A DNA stretch of 64,000 nt from Octopus sinensis (GCF_006345805.1 NC_043009.1:52948001-53012000), one strand, 5' to 3'. Positions 41,271 through 54,530 are shown, counted from the first letter of the stretch. The notes: generated by a model from the sequence alone, not told the origin. Numbers and translations are program-made.

Positions 41271-41504
41271 AAACACTACAAGCATGGAAGGGTCTGCTCG
41301 ATGCTGGTGTGTTCACATCCCCTTAACTTAGCAGTTCGGCAAAAGTGACCGATAGAATAACTACTAAGCTTACACTCAAGGTGGTGCTCCAGCATGGCCG
41401 CATTGAAATGACTGAAACAAAGAAAAGGATATATGTGTGTGTGTTCATGTATGAATAACAAGAAATACTGCCCTACCTATATAATATTGACTCTCTCTCT
41501 CTTT

Positions 41505-41915
41505 ACTCTTTTACTTGTTTCGGTCATTTGACTGTAGCCATGCTGGAGCACCGCCTTTAGTCGAGCAAATCGACTCCAGGACTTATTTTTGTAAGCCTAG
41601 TACTTATTCTATCGGTCTCTTTTGCCGAACTGCTAAGTTACGGAGACGCAAACTCACCACCATCGGTTGTCAAGTGATGTTGGGGGGACAAACACAGACA
41701 CATAAACATACACACGCACAAACATATATATGTATACATATATTACATATATTTACGACGGGCTTCTTTCAGTTTCCGTCTATCAAATCCACTCACAAGG
41801 CCTTTGGTCGGCCCGGGGCTATAGTAGAAGACACTTGTCCAAGGTGCCATGCAGTGGGACTGAACCCGGAACCATGTTGTTCATAAGCAAGCTACTTACC
41901 ACACAGCCACTCCTA
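41505..41915 (-). mobile_element. SINE family A
   Basis: Match to the other copies. Confidence 0.9.
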
Positions 41916-42163
41916 CGACTGTTGAAAAAAAAAAAACAACCTTCGATTAGCGGTGAGTATTTAATTATGTTTGTAATTCGAAGGCAAAATCTCCTCACGA
42001 TTTGTGTTAGATATGAACAAAAATCAAAACAACTAGTGACGAAGATATATACTGACGGCCATGTTCTGTACGACAAGTGTTTGAGTGGACAGTTTCTAGT
42101 TTGTAATGCTCAACCAACAGTGACCAGAAGAAAGCATTAACAAGAAAAAAAACTTAAGCTTAC

Positions 42164-42309
42164 CTTCTCCGTTTTTACACAGTTTCTCGTTGGCCTCTTT
42201 CAAACGGAAGATATTTATCCCCAATATATTTAAGGTCGTCCTAACTTGATCACATTTTTTTAAATCATCGTAGCAAGAATAGAGTAGCTCATTGGGCTTT
42301 GATCCATCC
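42164..42309 (-). CDS. Paralog 1 exon: DGSKPNELLYSCYDDLKKCDQ...EKLCKNGE
   Basis: TTTCTTTTTCTAG acceptor, GTAAGC donor, 146 nt (1+48+1); homolog at 60151-60299. Confidence 0.88.
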
Positions 42310-42333
42310 CTAGAAAAAGAAACAAATAAACAC

Positions 42334-42336
<3 letters not shown>

Positions 42337-42396
<60 letters not shown>

Positions 42397-42510
42397 CATA
42401 CATACATGCATACATACATACATATATACATACATATATACATACATACATACATATATACCTACATACATACATATATACATACATACATACATACATA
42501 CATGCATGCA

Positions 42511-42544
<34 letters not shown>

Positions 42545-42558
42545 CATACATACATACA

Positions 42559-42592
<34 letters not shown>

Positions 42593-42677
42593 CATACATA
42601 CATACATACATATATACATACATACATACATATATACATACATACATACATACATACATACATACATACATACTACA

Positions 42678-42711
<34 letters not shown>

Positions 42712-42725
42712 CATACATATATACA

Positions 42726-42757
<32 letters not shown>

Positions 42758-42863
42758 CATACATACATATATACATACATACATACATACATACATGCAT
42801 ACATGCATGCATGCATACATACATACATACATACATGCATGCATACATATATACATACATACA

Positions 42864-42925
<62 letters not shown>

Positions 42926-44050
42926 CATACATACATACATATATACATACATACATATATACATACATACATATATACATACATACATACATACATACAT
43001 ACATACATACATACATACATACATACATACATACATACATACATACATACATGCATACATTATTATTATTATTATGGCTGTCCCCTCGCTATCGAGTATG
43101 GTCATTGCACGAAGCTTAACTGTTACTGGTGCTGTGATCGAATGTGACTTTTTAGCCCAGCTAAAGATCTACAATGTCTTGTACAAAATTGGCAACTAAA
43201 ACCTTTACTGGTAATAGCCGGCTGTAGTTGTAACAGGGCTTCATGTACATACATACATACATACATACATACATACATTATTATTATTATTATTATGGCT
43301 GTCCCCTCGCTATCGAGTATGGTCATTGCACGAAGCTTAACTGTTACTGGTGCTGTGATCGAATGTGACTTTTGAGCCCAGCTAAAGATCTACAATGTCT
43401 TGTACAAAATTGGCAACTAAGACCTTTACTGGCAATAGCCGGCTGTAGTTGTAACTGGGCTTCATGTACCTTTGCATGTCGTTTAAGTCCTCCTGCCGAA
43501 TTACACTCTCTTCCACATGCCCAACAGATATAATTAGTATGGTGTGTTACACCACCACCAGTGGCCAGGTTGTCACTCATCTGTCTCGTTTTATGACTAC
43601 GAAGATGACTCATGAGTCCAGCTTTACTGAGTCAGGGTCTTGCACAGACATTACATGTCAGAATCATAGGAAGACCCTTCCCTTCTGGAAGTGTAACAGC
43701 GATGCCCATACATACATACATACATACATGCATACATACATACATACATACATACATACATACATACATACATACATGCATACATGCATACATACATACA
43801 TACATACATACATACATGCATGCATACATACATACATACATACATGCATACATACATACATACATACATGCATGCATACATGCATACATACATACATACA
43901 TACATACATGCATACATACATGCATACATGCATACATACATACATACATGCATACATGCATACATACATACATACATACATGCATACATGCATACATGCA
44001 TACATACATACATGCATACATACATACATGAATACATGCATACATACATG
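42337..44050. repeat. (TACA)n/(CATG) microsatellite blocks
   Basis: Direct inspection; source of the HTYI/MYVC ORFs. Confidence 0.95.
43063..43700 (-). pseudogene. RTE-clade LINE 3' end with C2H2 zinc fingers; last ~180 bp tandemly duplicated
   Basis: CWACGRECNSAGGLKRHAKVH and [22 protein letters not shown]; ~43063-43243 repeats ~43279-43463. Confidence 0.75.
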
Positions 44051-44208
44051 CATATTGCATGTCTCTACATAGACACACAGACAGAGACACGTGCGCACGC
44101 ACGCACGCACACACACACACACACACACATACACACTCACACACACACACACACATTACAGTAGTATCGGTGCTCAACGGTGTTGAGGCACAAGCGAACT
44201 GTAGTGAT

Positions 44209-44292
44209 GCCATCTTGGAAATCTCCAGCACGCACGCGCAGGGCTGGAGTCTTCCGGGAGGCTTGCCGGAAGTTCCCTCATGCGCATGCGCA
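44209..44292. promoter_or_regulatory. GC-rich patch with YY1-, ETS- and NRF1-like motifs
   Basis: GCCATCTTG 44209-44217, CCGGAAGT 44266-44273, TGCGCATGCGCA 44281-44292. Confidence 0.4.
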
Positions 44293-45035
44293 GAAAACTA
44301 GCAGCAGCAAAATTCTCTGGTATCGCACTAACCCTAACCCTGACGCCAGCAGCTGAACAAGACAGACGTGTCTGCATCAGCTCTCTCGAGCTGCTACCTC
44401 GTGGCGCCTCTCTGCTATGCTTGGACGGGCAGGATTAACTCACTCCAATTTACTACAGCCGATAAGCTCCTAGGTTGCCCATTCGCCCAGAGGAAGGAAA
44501 TGTTTATATTGCGAATCAAGAAATAAATATTTATGCCGTTGAAGTTAATCGGAAGTCTTGACTCTTTCTTCGATTAATATTTAATGTAAAGGATGCGAGG
44601 TGAACCCATCCAATGCGGATATCTCTAATGCTGTTACAGAACTTTAGGTTAGTTAAAATATGCTTATGACATATTTCAACTTCTAAACGCAAATTCATAG
44701 CAGTTACCGTATAGAAAAAAAAATTCTCTCTTCTGGTAAAAAGGTGTAAAAACATCATATTTGTACAGTGCTGTCACCTGTTGCATTGTCACACATCGAT
44801 GTTTCTAACTCTTTCGCAGTATCAACCGGAAGTACCAAAGACAGACATCTCTGGACATATATATACATATATATATATATACATATATATACATATATAT
44901 ACATATATATATATATACATATATATATATACATATATACATACATATATATATACATACATATATATATACATACATATATATATACATATATATATAT
45001 GTGTACATACATATATATGTACATACATATATATA

Positions 45036-45067
<32 letters not shown>

Positions 45068-45145
45068 CATACATATATATATACATACATATATATAACA
45101 TATATATATATACATACATATATATATAACATATATATATATACA

Positions 45146-45185
<40 letters not shown>

Positions 45186-45196
45186 ACATATATATA

Positions 45197-45237
<41 letters not shown>

Positions 45238-45248
45238 ATATATATACA

Positions 45249-45280
<32 letters not shown>

Positions 45281-45564
45281 ATATATACATACATACATAT
45301 ATATATATGTATGTATATGTGTGTGTGTGAGAGAGGATGATGTTTGTATATGTTTATGTTTGTAATCAAAAATTTCCGATTTAAGTAAAAAAAAAACCAC
45401 TAAATTATCAGTTTGAAGACCGCCTTCAAGTGAAAAACTCTGACCAGAATCATCTTTTGTAAATATCTAATTATCACAGTGAAAAAAATTATCAGAAAAT
45501 CCATTTCTCATCATTTTATCACACATACAATATTATACCAAAGCCTTTCTATCTCCTATTCTAC

Positions 45565-45596
<32 letters not shown>

Positions 45597-45644
45597 TGTA
45601 TGTATGTATGTATGTATGTATGTATGTATGTATGTATGTATGTT

Positions 45645-46005
45645 TTGTCTTAAGGCTGTATCATGCGCGGGGACATAGAAATAATCGGACTGAATACCCG
45701 ATCGCACAGTTAAACCATTGGGAGTGAAGGACTCCTAGCCTTTGTTAGGGCATCCTTCTTCGAGAAGGTAACTCAGGTAACTGGGATAACTCCGACATAA
45801 AACCTGCGGCTCAGTGGTTACCGATGATGTTGACTTGTTCTTCTTTTCGGATTATGGCTGCTGTTGTTTAGTAAGTGGGATTGACTCAGTGCACAGCCTT
45901 TCCTCACTTTAAAAACATCTTCTTGCACAGGCATTGCACGTTAACAACGTTGATGAAGCTTCGTGCAATGGCCATACTCGATTACGAGGGGGCAGCCACC
46001 ACCAT
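45645..46005 (+). mobile_element. Non-coding retroposon sharing its 3' tail with the RTE at 43063, followed by (TATG)n
   Basis: GCTTCGTGCAATGGCCATACTCGAT...GGGGGCAGCC matches the RTE end. Confidence 0.65.
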
Positions 46006-46789
46006 GTATGTATGTATGTATGTATGTATGTATGTATGTATGTATGTATGTATGTATGTATGTATGTATGTATGTATGTATGTGTGTGTGTATGTATGTA
46101 TGTATGTATGTATGTATGTGTGTGTGAGTATGTATGTATGTATGCGTGTATGCATGTATGTATGTATGAATGTATGAATGTATGTATGTATGTATGTATG
46201 TATGTATGTATGTATGCATGTATGTATGTATGTATGTATGTATGCATGCATGCATGTATGTATGCATGCATGTATGCATGTATGCATGCATGTATGTATG
46301 TATGTATCTATGTATGTATGCGTGTATGCATGTATGTATGCATGCATGTATGCATGTATGTATGTATGTATCTATGTATGTATGCGTGTATGTATGTATG
46401 TATGTATGTGTGCATGCATGTGTGCATGCATGTATGTATGTATGTATGCGTGTATGCATGCATGTATGTATGTAAATTTATGTGTCCGTGTTTCACATAA
46501 TTTTCTTGTTAGTTTTATGCATATATGATGTATATATGTACCAAGCGGTGTTGCCCTAACCACAAGGCCAGCTATTTCTGGCCTTACATCAACGTAAGTG
46601 CTCAGCTGCTACATAATTTATAGAAAGGATGAAAACTAAAGTGGTTCTCGGCAGAATTTGAACTCAGAACGTAAAAACGGATGAAATGCCGCAATGTATT
46701 TTCTCCGGCAACCCAACGATTCTGGTAGCACCCTCGAAATTGCTGGCCTTGCGCAAACATTTGAAACAAACATGTAGGTTATCATGTTT

Positions 46790-46868
46790 GGGCAGATGGC
46801 GTAGTGGTTAAGGGCACGGGCTACTAACCCCAAGATACCGAGTTCGATTCCAGGCAATGACCTGAATA
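46790..46868 (+). mobile_element. tRNA-like SINE head (family D) followed by (AAT)n
   Basis: TGGCGTAGTGGTTAAG A-box and GAGTTCGATTCC B-box; related copies at ~19020-19195 (-) and ~20003-20070. Confidence 0.75.
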
Positions 46869-46916
46869 ATGATAATAATAATAATAATAATAATGATAAT
46901 AATAATAATAATAATA

Positions 46917-46963
<47 letters not shown>

Positions 46964-47518
46964 CAGTACCAGGCAGTGGCTCTCATGGCTTCTGATCTTA
47001 ACTGATTGGAAGTGTTATCATGTACGTTGTTTTGTCTTGGTATAAAAGATGGGCTACAGCAAATATTCTGCTCAATACCACAGATTTGCTTGTCAGTTGT
47101 TTGACCGTAACCAGTTGAGCATGTCCCTTAGTGGCTGACGATATGTGCATCTCTGATCACGAGCAGAAGTAGTGGGGGAGCATCATAGCCATGTGTTGAG
47201 AGGGATTCTTTGGGGTTTGAATAATTCACCTCTGGAAACATGGGTGGTTCTTTCAACATCCTTAAACAACCCTTATTCAGGGACCTTTTGAGCGGGATGG
47301 GCTACTCAACCTGAAGAAAATTCTAACTGGGCCCCACCTGCAAGGTCATGTGCTGTTTATCTTGATATGAGATCACCATGTCGCGCACATATGGTTGTGA
47401 TGCATGTGCCTGGTGTACCCTTATCAGACGGGTAGTCATGATGGGTATATTGGGCTTCGTATATTTTACCCCAGTGTCACTTTGATGGCATGAACTGCTC
47501 TCTCACTCAATAATAATG

Positions 47519-47584
<66 letters not shown>

Positions 47585-47766
47585 GAGACACACCGTAAAG
47601 AAGAAGACAAATCTCTAATGTTTAAATACTCTAGTCAACCTTATACCATTCTTATTCTTTGTTGAACATATTCTAACTGATTTCCAACACAGGTACAAGA
47701 TTTTCTAAATTATAAGGCAGTGAATAATTAGATTAATAAGTTATATTTAATAAAATGTCAAATTAC

Positions 47767-47908
47767 TTGCACATCAATTCCGTCTGACTTCTTGGGATAC
47801 GATTACCGTTCAATGAGTTCAAATTTAATTTCGATATACATTTCTGAAATTCACCGATAGCCTTCTCCATACAACCGTCACCCAATGATATCCACTGGAA
47901 AATACTAT
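47767..47908 (-). CDS. Paralog 1 exon: SIFQWISLGDGCMEKAIGEFQKC...QTELMC
   Basis: ATTTTATATTTCAG acceptor, GTAATT donor, 142 nt (2+46+2); phase fits the next exon (AA+G = Lys). Confidence 0.78.
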
Positions 47909-47993
47909 CTGAAATATAAAATGTATAAGCAGATCTTTACAGTAAGCAACAGGTCTTTAAAGAATTAGCTACAAGTATTTATGCGCCTAGTTA

Positions 47994-48516
47994 CCGTAAA
48001 TCCTCGAGTATTGTCCGCCCTTGAGTATAATACGCAGGGGGATTTTTAGGGGGCTATACCTCTGAAAAGCCTAAACCTTATGTATAATACGCACCCCTTC
48101 TCTAGCTTGAGTCGTGCGTAATTATGCCAGTGGCACCTAGTCGAACAAACACTTCCGCGCATGCGTAATACAATAATGGTGATGTTCTTAACTGTTATAT
48201 GGGAATGTAAATATGTTTGCAAATTGTTTTTGTTACATGTTATTCTGTGTTCTGAATACTTTAATTTTAATAAATGTTGCTTACTGTAAGTTATGGATGA
48301 TTCTTTTATGACTTCATTACTTTCAGGCTTAGCTTAAGGTATTTTCGTGCCCGACATCACAAAATGCGTCTGAATAAACATTGCCGGACAGCAAATAGAG
48401 ACTCGAACATTGCTTAGAAAATATATTTCTTTTTTAACCTCGTATATAGTACGCACTAGGAATTTTGACCTTTAAATTTTGGGAAAAAAATGCGGATTAT
48501 ACTTGAGGATTTACGG
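47994..48516. mobile_element. Tc1/mariner-pogo-type MITE
   Basis: TIR CCGTAAATCCTC(G/A)AGTAT; TA on both flanks. Confidence 0.8.
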
Positions 48517-48749
48517 TATATAATGTCTGTCTTTTTTTAGTGTTCTTGTGCGTGAATATGTGCTGACAACAATTCTCTGTTTTTAAAATCTTAGCATTTA
48601 CTCAAAATTGCTACATTATGTTCAAGTGGTAGTGTTTGCAATAACATGTGTTACTAGACCTCCGGGTTGATCAATAAGTTCTAAGTATAGATTGTTGATT
48701 TGAAAAGCAGAAAAATGAGCAGCCAGGGATTGTAAATACAAATACTCAC

Positions 48750-48757
48750 CTCCACAT
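48750..48757 (-). CDS. Candidate micro first coding exon of paralog 1 (ATG TGG AG|GTGAGT)
   Basis: Consensus donor. The phase fits only if the TAG 4 nt into the next exon is the acceptor. Confidence 0.25.
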
Positions 48758-49276
48758 ATTTATATATTAGAGTGAACAAGCAATTTTAAAGATATGATAT
48801 TTAACGGTTTTCTGGGGGTTCGTAGACTGCGTGGAGATGAGTGGTAGGGTTATCAACGATTGAGTCAATTAACGCAGATGTACTCCAACGTGAATTCGGC
48901 TTACAGGGTTTTTAAAGGAATCCTGGCGACATTCTTAACCAATTAACCATTAAATAGAACAAACATGGCTCAAACTTCCACTGCTCCAATTGCCTCACGA
49001 AATGGTTTCGTTATGCTCGAGTCACTTTGTGAACACCCCACAGAATTCCTCTAAAGTGAAGGAAGCCAGGACTCTTGACATAGCCTTCTTCACCTTCAAA
49101 ATAATTACCTCTAAGGTTTTCGTTCAGCTTGGAGAATAACCAAAAGTCAGAGGAAGCAAAGCCTAAAATGTAGGAAGGACGAGGGAAATTTTGTTGCCCA
49201 ACTCTGTCATGTAGTTGGTTACCAGGATGTTCATCACAGAGTGGCCTGGGAACAAACTTTGCATAAATTTTGTGCA

Positions 49277-49705
49277 GGTGTGGCTATGTGGTAAGTAGCT
49301 TGCTTACCAACCACATGGTTCGGGGTTCAGTCCCACTGCGTGTCACTTTGGGCAAGTGTCTTCTACTATAGCCTTGGGTCGACCAAAGCTTTGTGAGTGG
49401 ATTTGGTAGACGGAAACTGAAGGAAGCCCGTCGTATATATGTATGTGTATATATGTATGTGTATATATATATATATATATGTATGTATGTGTGTGTGTAT
49501 ATGGTTGTGTGTCTCTGTTTGTCCCCCCACCATCGCTTGACAACCGATGGTGGTGTGTTTGCGTCACCGTAATTTAGCGGTTCGGCAAAAGAGACCGATA
49601 GAATAAGCACTAGGCTTACAAAAATAAGCCCTGGAGTTGATTTGCTCGACTAAAAGCGGTGCTCCACCATGGCCGCAGTCAAATGACTGAAACAAGTAAT
49701 AGAGT
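49277..49705 (+). mobile_element. SINE family A
   Basis: Match to the other copies. Confidence 0.9.
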
Positions 49706-49799
49706 GTATAGTTTCTGATGATTTAGGCACGAAGCTAGTAACTTTTTGGAGATGAGGTTAATCGATGCGTAGGTCAATTTTTTTTTTAGCAAATAACTT

Positions 49800-49992
49800 T
49801 TAACTAATAGCAAAAATTATTAAACAAGGAAATGAGGGAGATATTTTGAAGTGATTTTTACCAACTGAACCAATATTGTTGATAGATCTACATTTGTCAG
49901 ACATGATATAATAGGTGTTGTTCTGCATTATTTTAATAAACTTTTCTGGACACTTAAAGTCGGTCAGTTTTTCAATTCCATTTTTCAAAATT
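49800..49992 (-). CDS. Paralog 2 terminal exon: ILKNGIEKLTDFKCPEK...DKCRS...FPCLIIFAIS*
   Basis: TTTTTATATTTTTCAG acceptor, 1+64 codons, homologous to 38040-38238. Confidence 0.85.
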
Positions 49993-50167
49993 CTGAAAAA
50001 TATAAAAATAACATTTTGAAGTTTCATTATAGTTTCCAAAGATGTTTGAGAACAGCAAGTGGCTCTAAGAACAACGACAAAGCTATGTATTTATCGGTAT
50101 GTATTTAAGTACAACTTGATACGAGAGAGAGATAGAGCAATGTAAATTCAATAGGATATATAATGGA

Positions 50168-50550
50168 ACTAGCAGTATCGCCCGGCGTTGCTCGGGTTTG
50201 TAAGGGAAATAACTATAAAGCATTTTTAGAGAGTTATAGCCAAAAAATAGCAAAAAAATGGAAAAAAAATGATGGTAAATTTTGTTGAGTTAAAAAGGTC
50301 GAGTTGCGTCCCCTAGACAGTCTGTGGTTTGTGTTTCTGATTCTCGACCCCATGTCGAATTTATCGATTCTTTTCAGAACTGGGGGAACTTTTCAAAATT
50401 TTCGCTGCGTTAGTTTTGAATTATGACATTGGGCTATGTGTGTGTCAAGTTTCATCAGAATCGGTTGAAAGCCGTGGTCAGGGTGAGGGTACAACCTGAC
50501 AGACACACAGACACACAGACAGACAAACTGCCGTTTGTATAGAGAGAGAT
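50168..50550 (+). mobile_element. Helitron-like element
   Basis: Same 5' end as 28326; (CAGA)n subterminal repeat. Confidence 0.65.
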
Positions 50551-50700
50551 TATGAAATTTTTGTTTGTTCTTTAAATATATTCGAAGTTTGAAATTTGGG
50601 AAATGGCATGACATACTAAAAAAAAAAAAAAAGTAAGGAATTTATCAGAAAATACAGGGCGCTAGTGCTACTTGAAGTCATATTTAGTATAGATAGATAG

Positions 50701-51078
50701 GAGCACTCCGTCGGTTACGACGATGAGGGTCCCAGCTGATCCGAATCAACGGAACAGCTTGCTCGTGGAATTAACGTGCAAGTGGCTGAGCATTCCACAG
50801 ACACGTGTACCCTTAACGTAGTTCTCGAGGAGATTCAGCGTGACACAGAGTGTGACAAGGCTGGCCCTTTGAAATACAGGTACAACAGAAACAGGAAGAA
50901 AGAGTGAGAGAAAGTTGTGGTGAAAGAGTACAGCAGGGTTCACCAGCACCCGCTGCAGGAGCCTTGTGAAGCTTTAGGTGTTTTCGCTCAATAAACACTC
51001 ATAATGCCCGGTCTGGGAATCAAAACCGCGATCCTACGACCGCGAGTCCGCTGCCCTAACCAACTGGGCCATTGCGCC
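50701..51078 (-). mobile_element. tRNA-derived SINE family C, full length
   Basis: GGCGCAATGGCCCAG...GGTTAGGGCAGCGGACTCGCGGTCG head with B-box-like GGTTTTGATTCC. Confidence 0.85.
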
Positions 51079-51204
51079 TCCCATATTTAGTATATTAATG
51101 AAACAAATCTAATGTAGCAAAAACAAAAACAAAAAAACCAAACGTATTTTAATAAAAAAAATTCTGTGCATTGTTTTCGATGAGCATTTTTTATAAAATT
51201 TTTC

Positions 51205-51700
51205 TATGAATCTATCTTCAGTTTTGATGATTGCTTCAAAACGAGACTGGAATCATCGACATTCCTGCTCTAAACAGTTCTTATTGATTCTGCATATCAC
51301 CTGGAGAATGGCCGCTTTCGGTGAAGCTATGGTATTGCGATGATGTCAATTAGTCTCCCTTTCAACAATAATCTAAACGTAGTAGTCCTTGGGATTGAAA
51401 TCGGACGAGTTCAGAAGCTAAAAGTTTGGTGTTCCTCGATCGTAATGATATAATGTCATCCATTCTTGGGTTATGTGAACTTTGTGAAATGGAAGTGAGC
51501 ATTATTGAAACACGCATGGCATTCCACAGCGTACTTCATTCAGAGTTTAACAACTGTCTTCGGCACCTCAGCGTATTCTATGACCCTTATGATAAGGAAA
51601 TGTACGTTTATATGTGTATAAAAACGCATCGAGTCGGGCTCTGAACGACTTCATCGGACAACCGGATACGTGTTTCAGCGTGGGGAAATCCATTTCCCCA
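51205..51700 (-). pseudogene. maT-like transposase remnant in the equivalent intron of paralog 2
   Basis: Alignable to 38638-39140. Confidence 0.6.
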
Positions 51701-52149
51701 GTAACAAATATAATTTCAGTCGTCTACACTCTCGTCGGAACTTCTGTTCCTATATATAAAATGCAGAAAATGCATTTAATCTTTATTTATAGGAAGGTAA
51801 ATTCCGATTGGGGAATGAATGATATAAGAGATTTTGTTACTGAAGACGAGCAATTGCATTGAAACATACGTCGTACGTCAGAATCTACCACTGCGGGGAT
51901 AATTATATTATAATCGATAATGTACATTCCTTTTCAAAAATAACACACAAAAACGTTGAGGAAGAGGGTGTATACAGTATTGCATATTGCTGTTATTTAT
52001 TACACCGACCAAGGGAGATGGAAGTTAACTCAAGTGAGATCGGAACCAAGGACCTTGAGCCATGAATATAATTACATTAAAACTCTACCGTGTCTACTAA
52101 TCATTACTCAAGTATCATTAAATAATAAAAACAAATTTTCTCTACATAC

Positions 52150-52321
52150 GGACAATATTTCTTGAAGTACTCTTCTCTTGAAATTTTATATAGTCCCTGC
52201 TGCATGAATAAGTGTCTCCCTTTCTCGAAGAGCAACTGAAATTCCTTTAATTCATTCGTTGGTCTATTGTTTAATAGATTCATCATATTTTCTAAGAAAC
52301 ATGGCATATTCTCAAGTATAA
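52150..52321 (-). CDS. Paralog 2 exon: ILENMPCFLEN...REEYFKKYC
   Basis: TTTCAG acceptor, GTATGT donor, 172 nt; 31/56 identical residues to paralog 1. Confidence 0.88.
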
Positions 52322-52420
52322 CTGAAACAGATTGACGATAGGTACTGTAAATTAACGTTTTCTTTAGGGTTTCTTTAAATCTTGAGTCAGTATATAAGTG
52401 TATTTGTGTGTGTGTGTGTG

Positions 52421-52458
<38 letters not shown>

Positions 52459-53323
52459 ATGGAATATGAATTAGAGATAAAACCACTATTATGCAACTCA
52501 AACAGTGATAGACATAAGCCAATACATAAATAACAAATAATATTCATTCCTAGAGGGTATTGGAATATCCTTCAAAGATGAATTCCAAAATAACGGTTCC
52601 ATCTTACCTGTAAGTTCCATATCATACAAAATTGAGATTAAATACACTCAATAAATGTAAGCTATCAATATAATAATAACGGTTCCATCTTACCTGTAAG
52701 TTCCATATCATACGAAATTGAGATTAAATACACTCAATAAATGTAAGCTATCAATATAATAATAATTATAATAATAATATTAGGGAGTATAACTCTAAAC
52801 TTACAGGGAAAAATTCAATTTAGTATAAAATCAAATTTCACAGTATAAATATATAAAATATGAATTAGAGATAAAACCACTATTATGCAACTCAAACAGT
52901 GATAGACATAAACCAATATATATATATATATACGAGCAAAACGAACCCCCCCCCCCCGTCCAATGGACGGTTCTGAGTTGTCAAACATTTAAACCAAATT
53001 TTCTCAAAACAACTTGTCCGACCGTCCCATTTTGTGGCATTATTTCAAGCCAGCCGGCTTTTTTTGCGCAAGCTGCACGTGCATTTTCCTCGCGTACGCG
53101 TAGTATACATCGCAACAGCTGATGTACTTGCACGTAGAAATGCACGTTCCCACGGCTTTATCGATCGTATTCTCACCTGGAATCGATTTTTGTAATTTTT
53201 TCAAGACTTATACACGCCCTGATACCGTCGGTATCTACATATCAAATTTGAGCGCAACTGGATGGAGGATGCCGAGATCCTAGAAGACACACAGACAGAC
53301 AGACAGAACGGATTTTATATAAT

Positions 53324-53856
53324 ACTAGCAGTATCGCCCGGCGTTGCTCGGGTTTGTAAGGGAAATAACTATATAAGCATTTTTAGAGAATTATAGCAAA
53401 AAATGCATTAAAAATGGAATAAAAAATGATGATAATTTTTTTTTAAAATCGTTGACTCAGTGTCTTCAAGCCATGAAGTCGTTGTTCTAAAAGAACGCTG
53501 GTCTCCTTGACAACGCATTACGGCGTTGATTTCCTTACACTCCCTTCCCCACAGCTTCACGAGGGAGGGAAGAAGGGGGAGAAGCAAACAGGTGCAGGTG
53601 TGACCGTGGACGCCAACTCCGCCGCCATCGACACACGAAAAATTGTGCATTAAAATGGAATAAAAAATGATGTTAAATTATTTTAAAAATCGTAGACTCA
53701 TCGTAGACGCGCGCTAATAGACAGACGGGCTCGATATAAATCATGACTATAAGATACCCGAATTTGGTTAAACTGCACCGCAAAATGTGGGAGTAGTTAG
53801 GAATCTAAATCGAAGGGGACAGACACTCACACAACTACAGTTTTATATATATAGAT
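53324..53856 (+). mobile_element. Helitron-like element with an internal extra segment
   Basis: Same ends as 28326-28721. Confidence 0.65.
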
Positions 53857-53869
53857 ATATATATATATA

Positions 53870-54285
53870 TATTTCTTTATTACCCACAAGGGGCTAAACG
53901 TAGAGGAGACAAACAAGGACAGACAAAGGTATTAAGTCGATTTCATCGACCCCAGTGCGTAACTGGTACTTAATTTATCGACCCCGAAAGGATGAAAGGC
54001 AAAGTCGACCTCGGCGGAATTTGAACTCAGAACGTAACGGCAGACGAAATACCTATTTCTGTTTCTTTACTAACCACAAGGGGCTAAACACAGAGGACAA
54101 ACAAGGACAGACAAACGGATTAAGTCGATTTCATCGACCCCAGTGCGTAACTGGTACTTAATTTATCGACCCAGAAAGGATGAAAGGCAAAGTCGACCTC
54201 GGCAGAATTTGAAATCAGAACGTAACGGCAGAGGAAATATGGCTACGCATTTCGCCCGGCGTGCTAACGTTTCTGCCAGCTCGCC
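53870..54285 (-). mobile_element. Head-to-tail dimer of SINE family B
   Basis: Same architecture as 26865-27285. Confidence 0.85.
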
Positions 54286-54530
54286 ATATATATATACATC
54301 TACATGTATATATACATGCATATATAAATAATTATACGTGAGTACAGGACACCACAACAAGACGTAGAAACGGGAAAAACAAAAAAGCAAAAGAAAACGA
54401 GAAAAAAAAAACAGTTACAGGACGTGCTACACAAGGAAAAAACCCCCGTCATCAGCTGTCGCTAGTAGACTCAAGCATGTTTCGAAGGCAAGACAGAACA
54501 CACACACAACACACACACCACACCACACCA

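Noticed and set aside
44531-44758. Candidate exon of paralog 1
   Set aside because: No Cys pattern match and no phase-compatible donor; the true homolog is 42164-42309.
46790-46868. tRNA gene
   Set aside because: A/B boxes are present but the acceptor stem is incomplete, it runs into (AAT)n, and it has dispersed copies: a SINE head.
54440-54495. GAAACATG...CTGATGA as a permuted hammerhead
   Set aside because: No valid NUH triplet and the stems do not pair.
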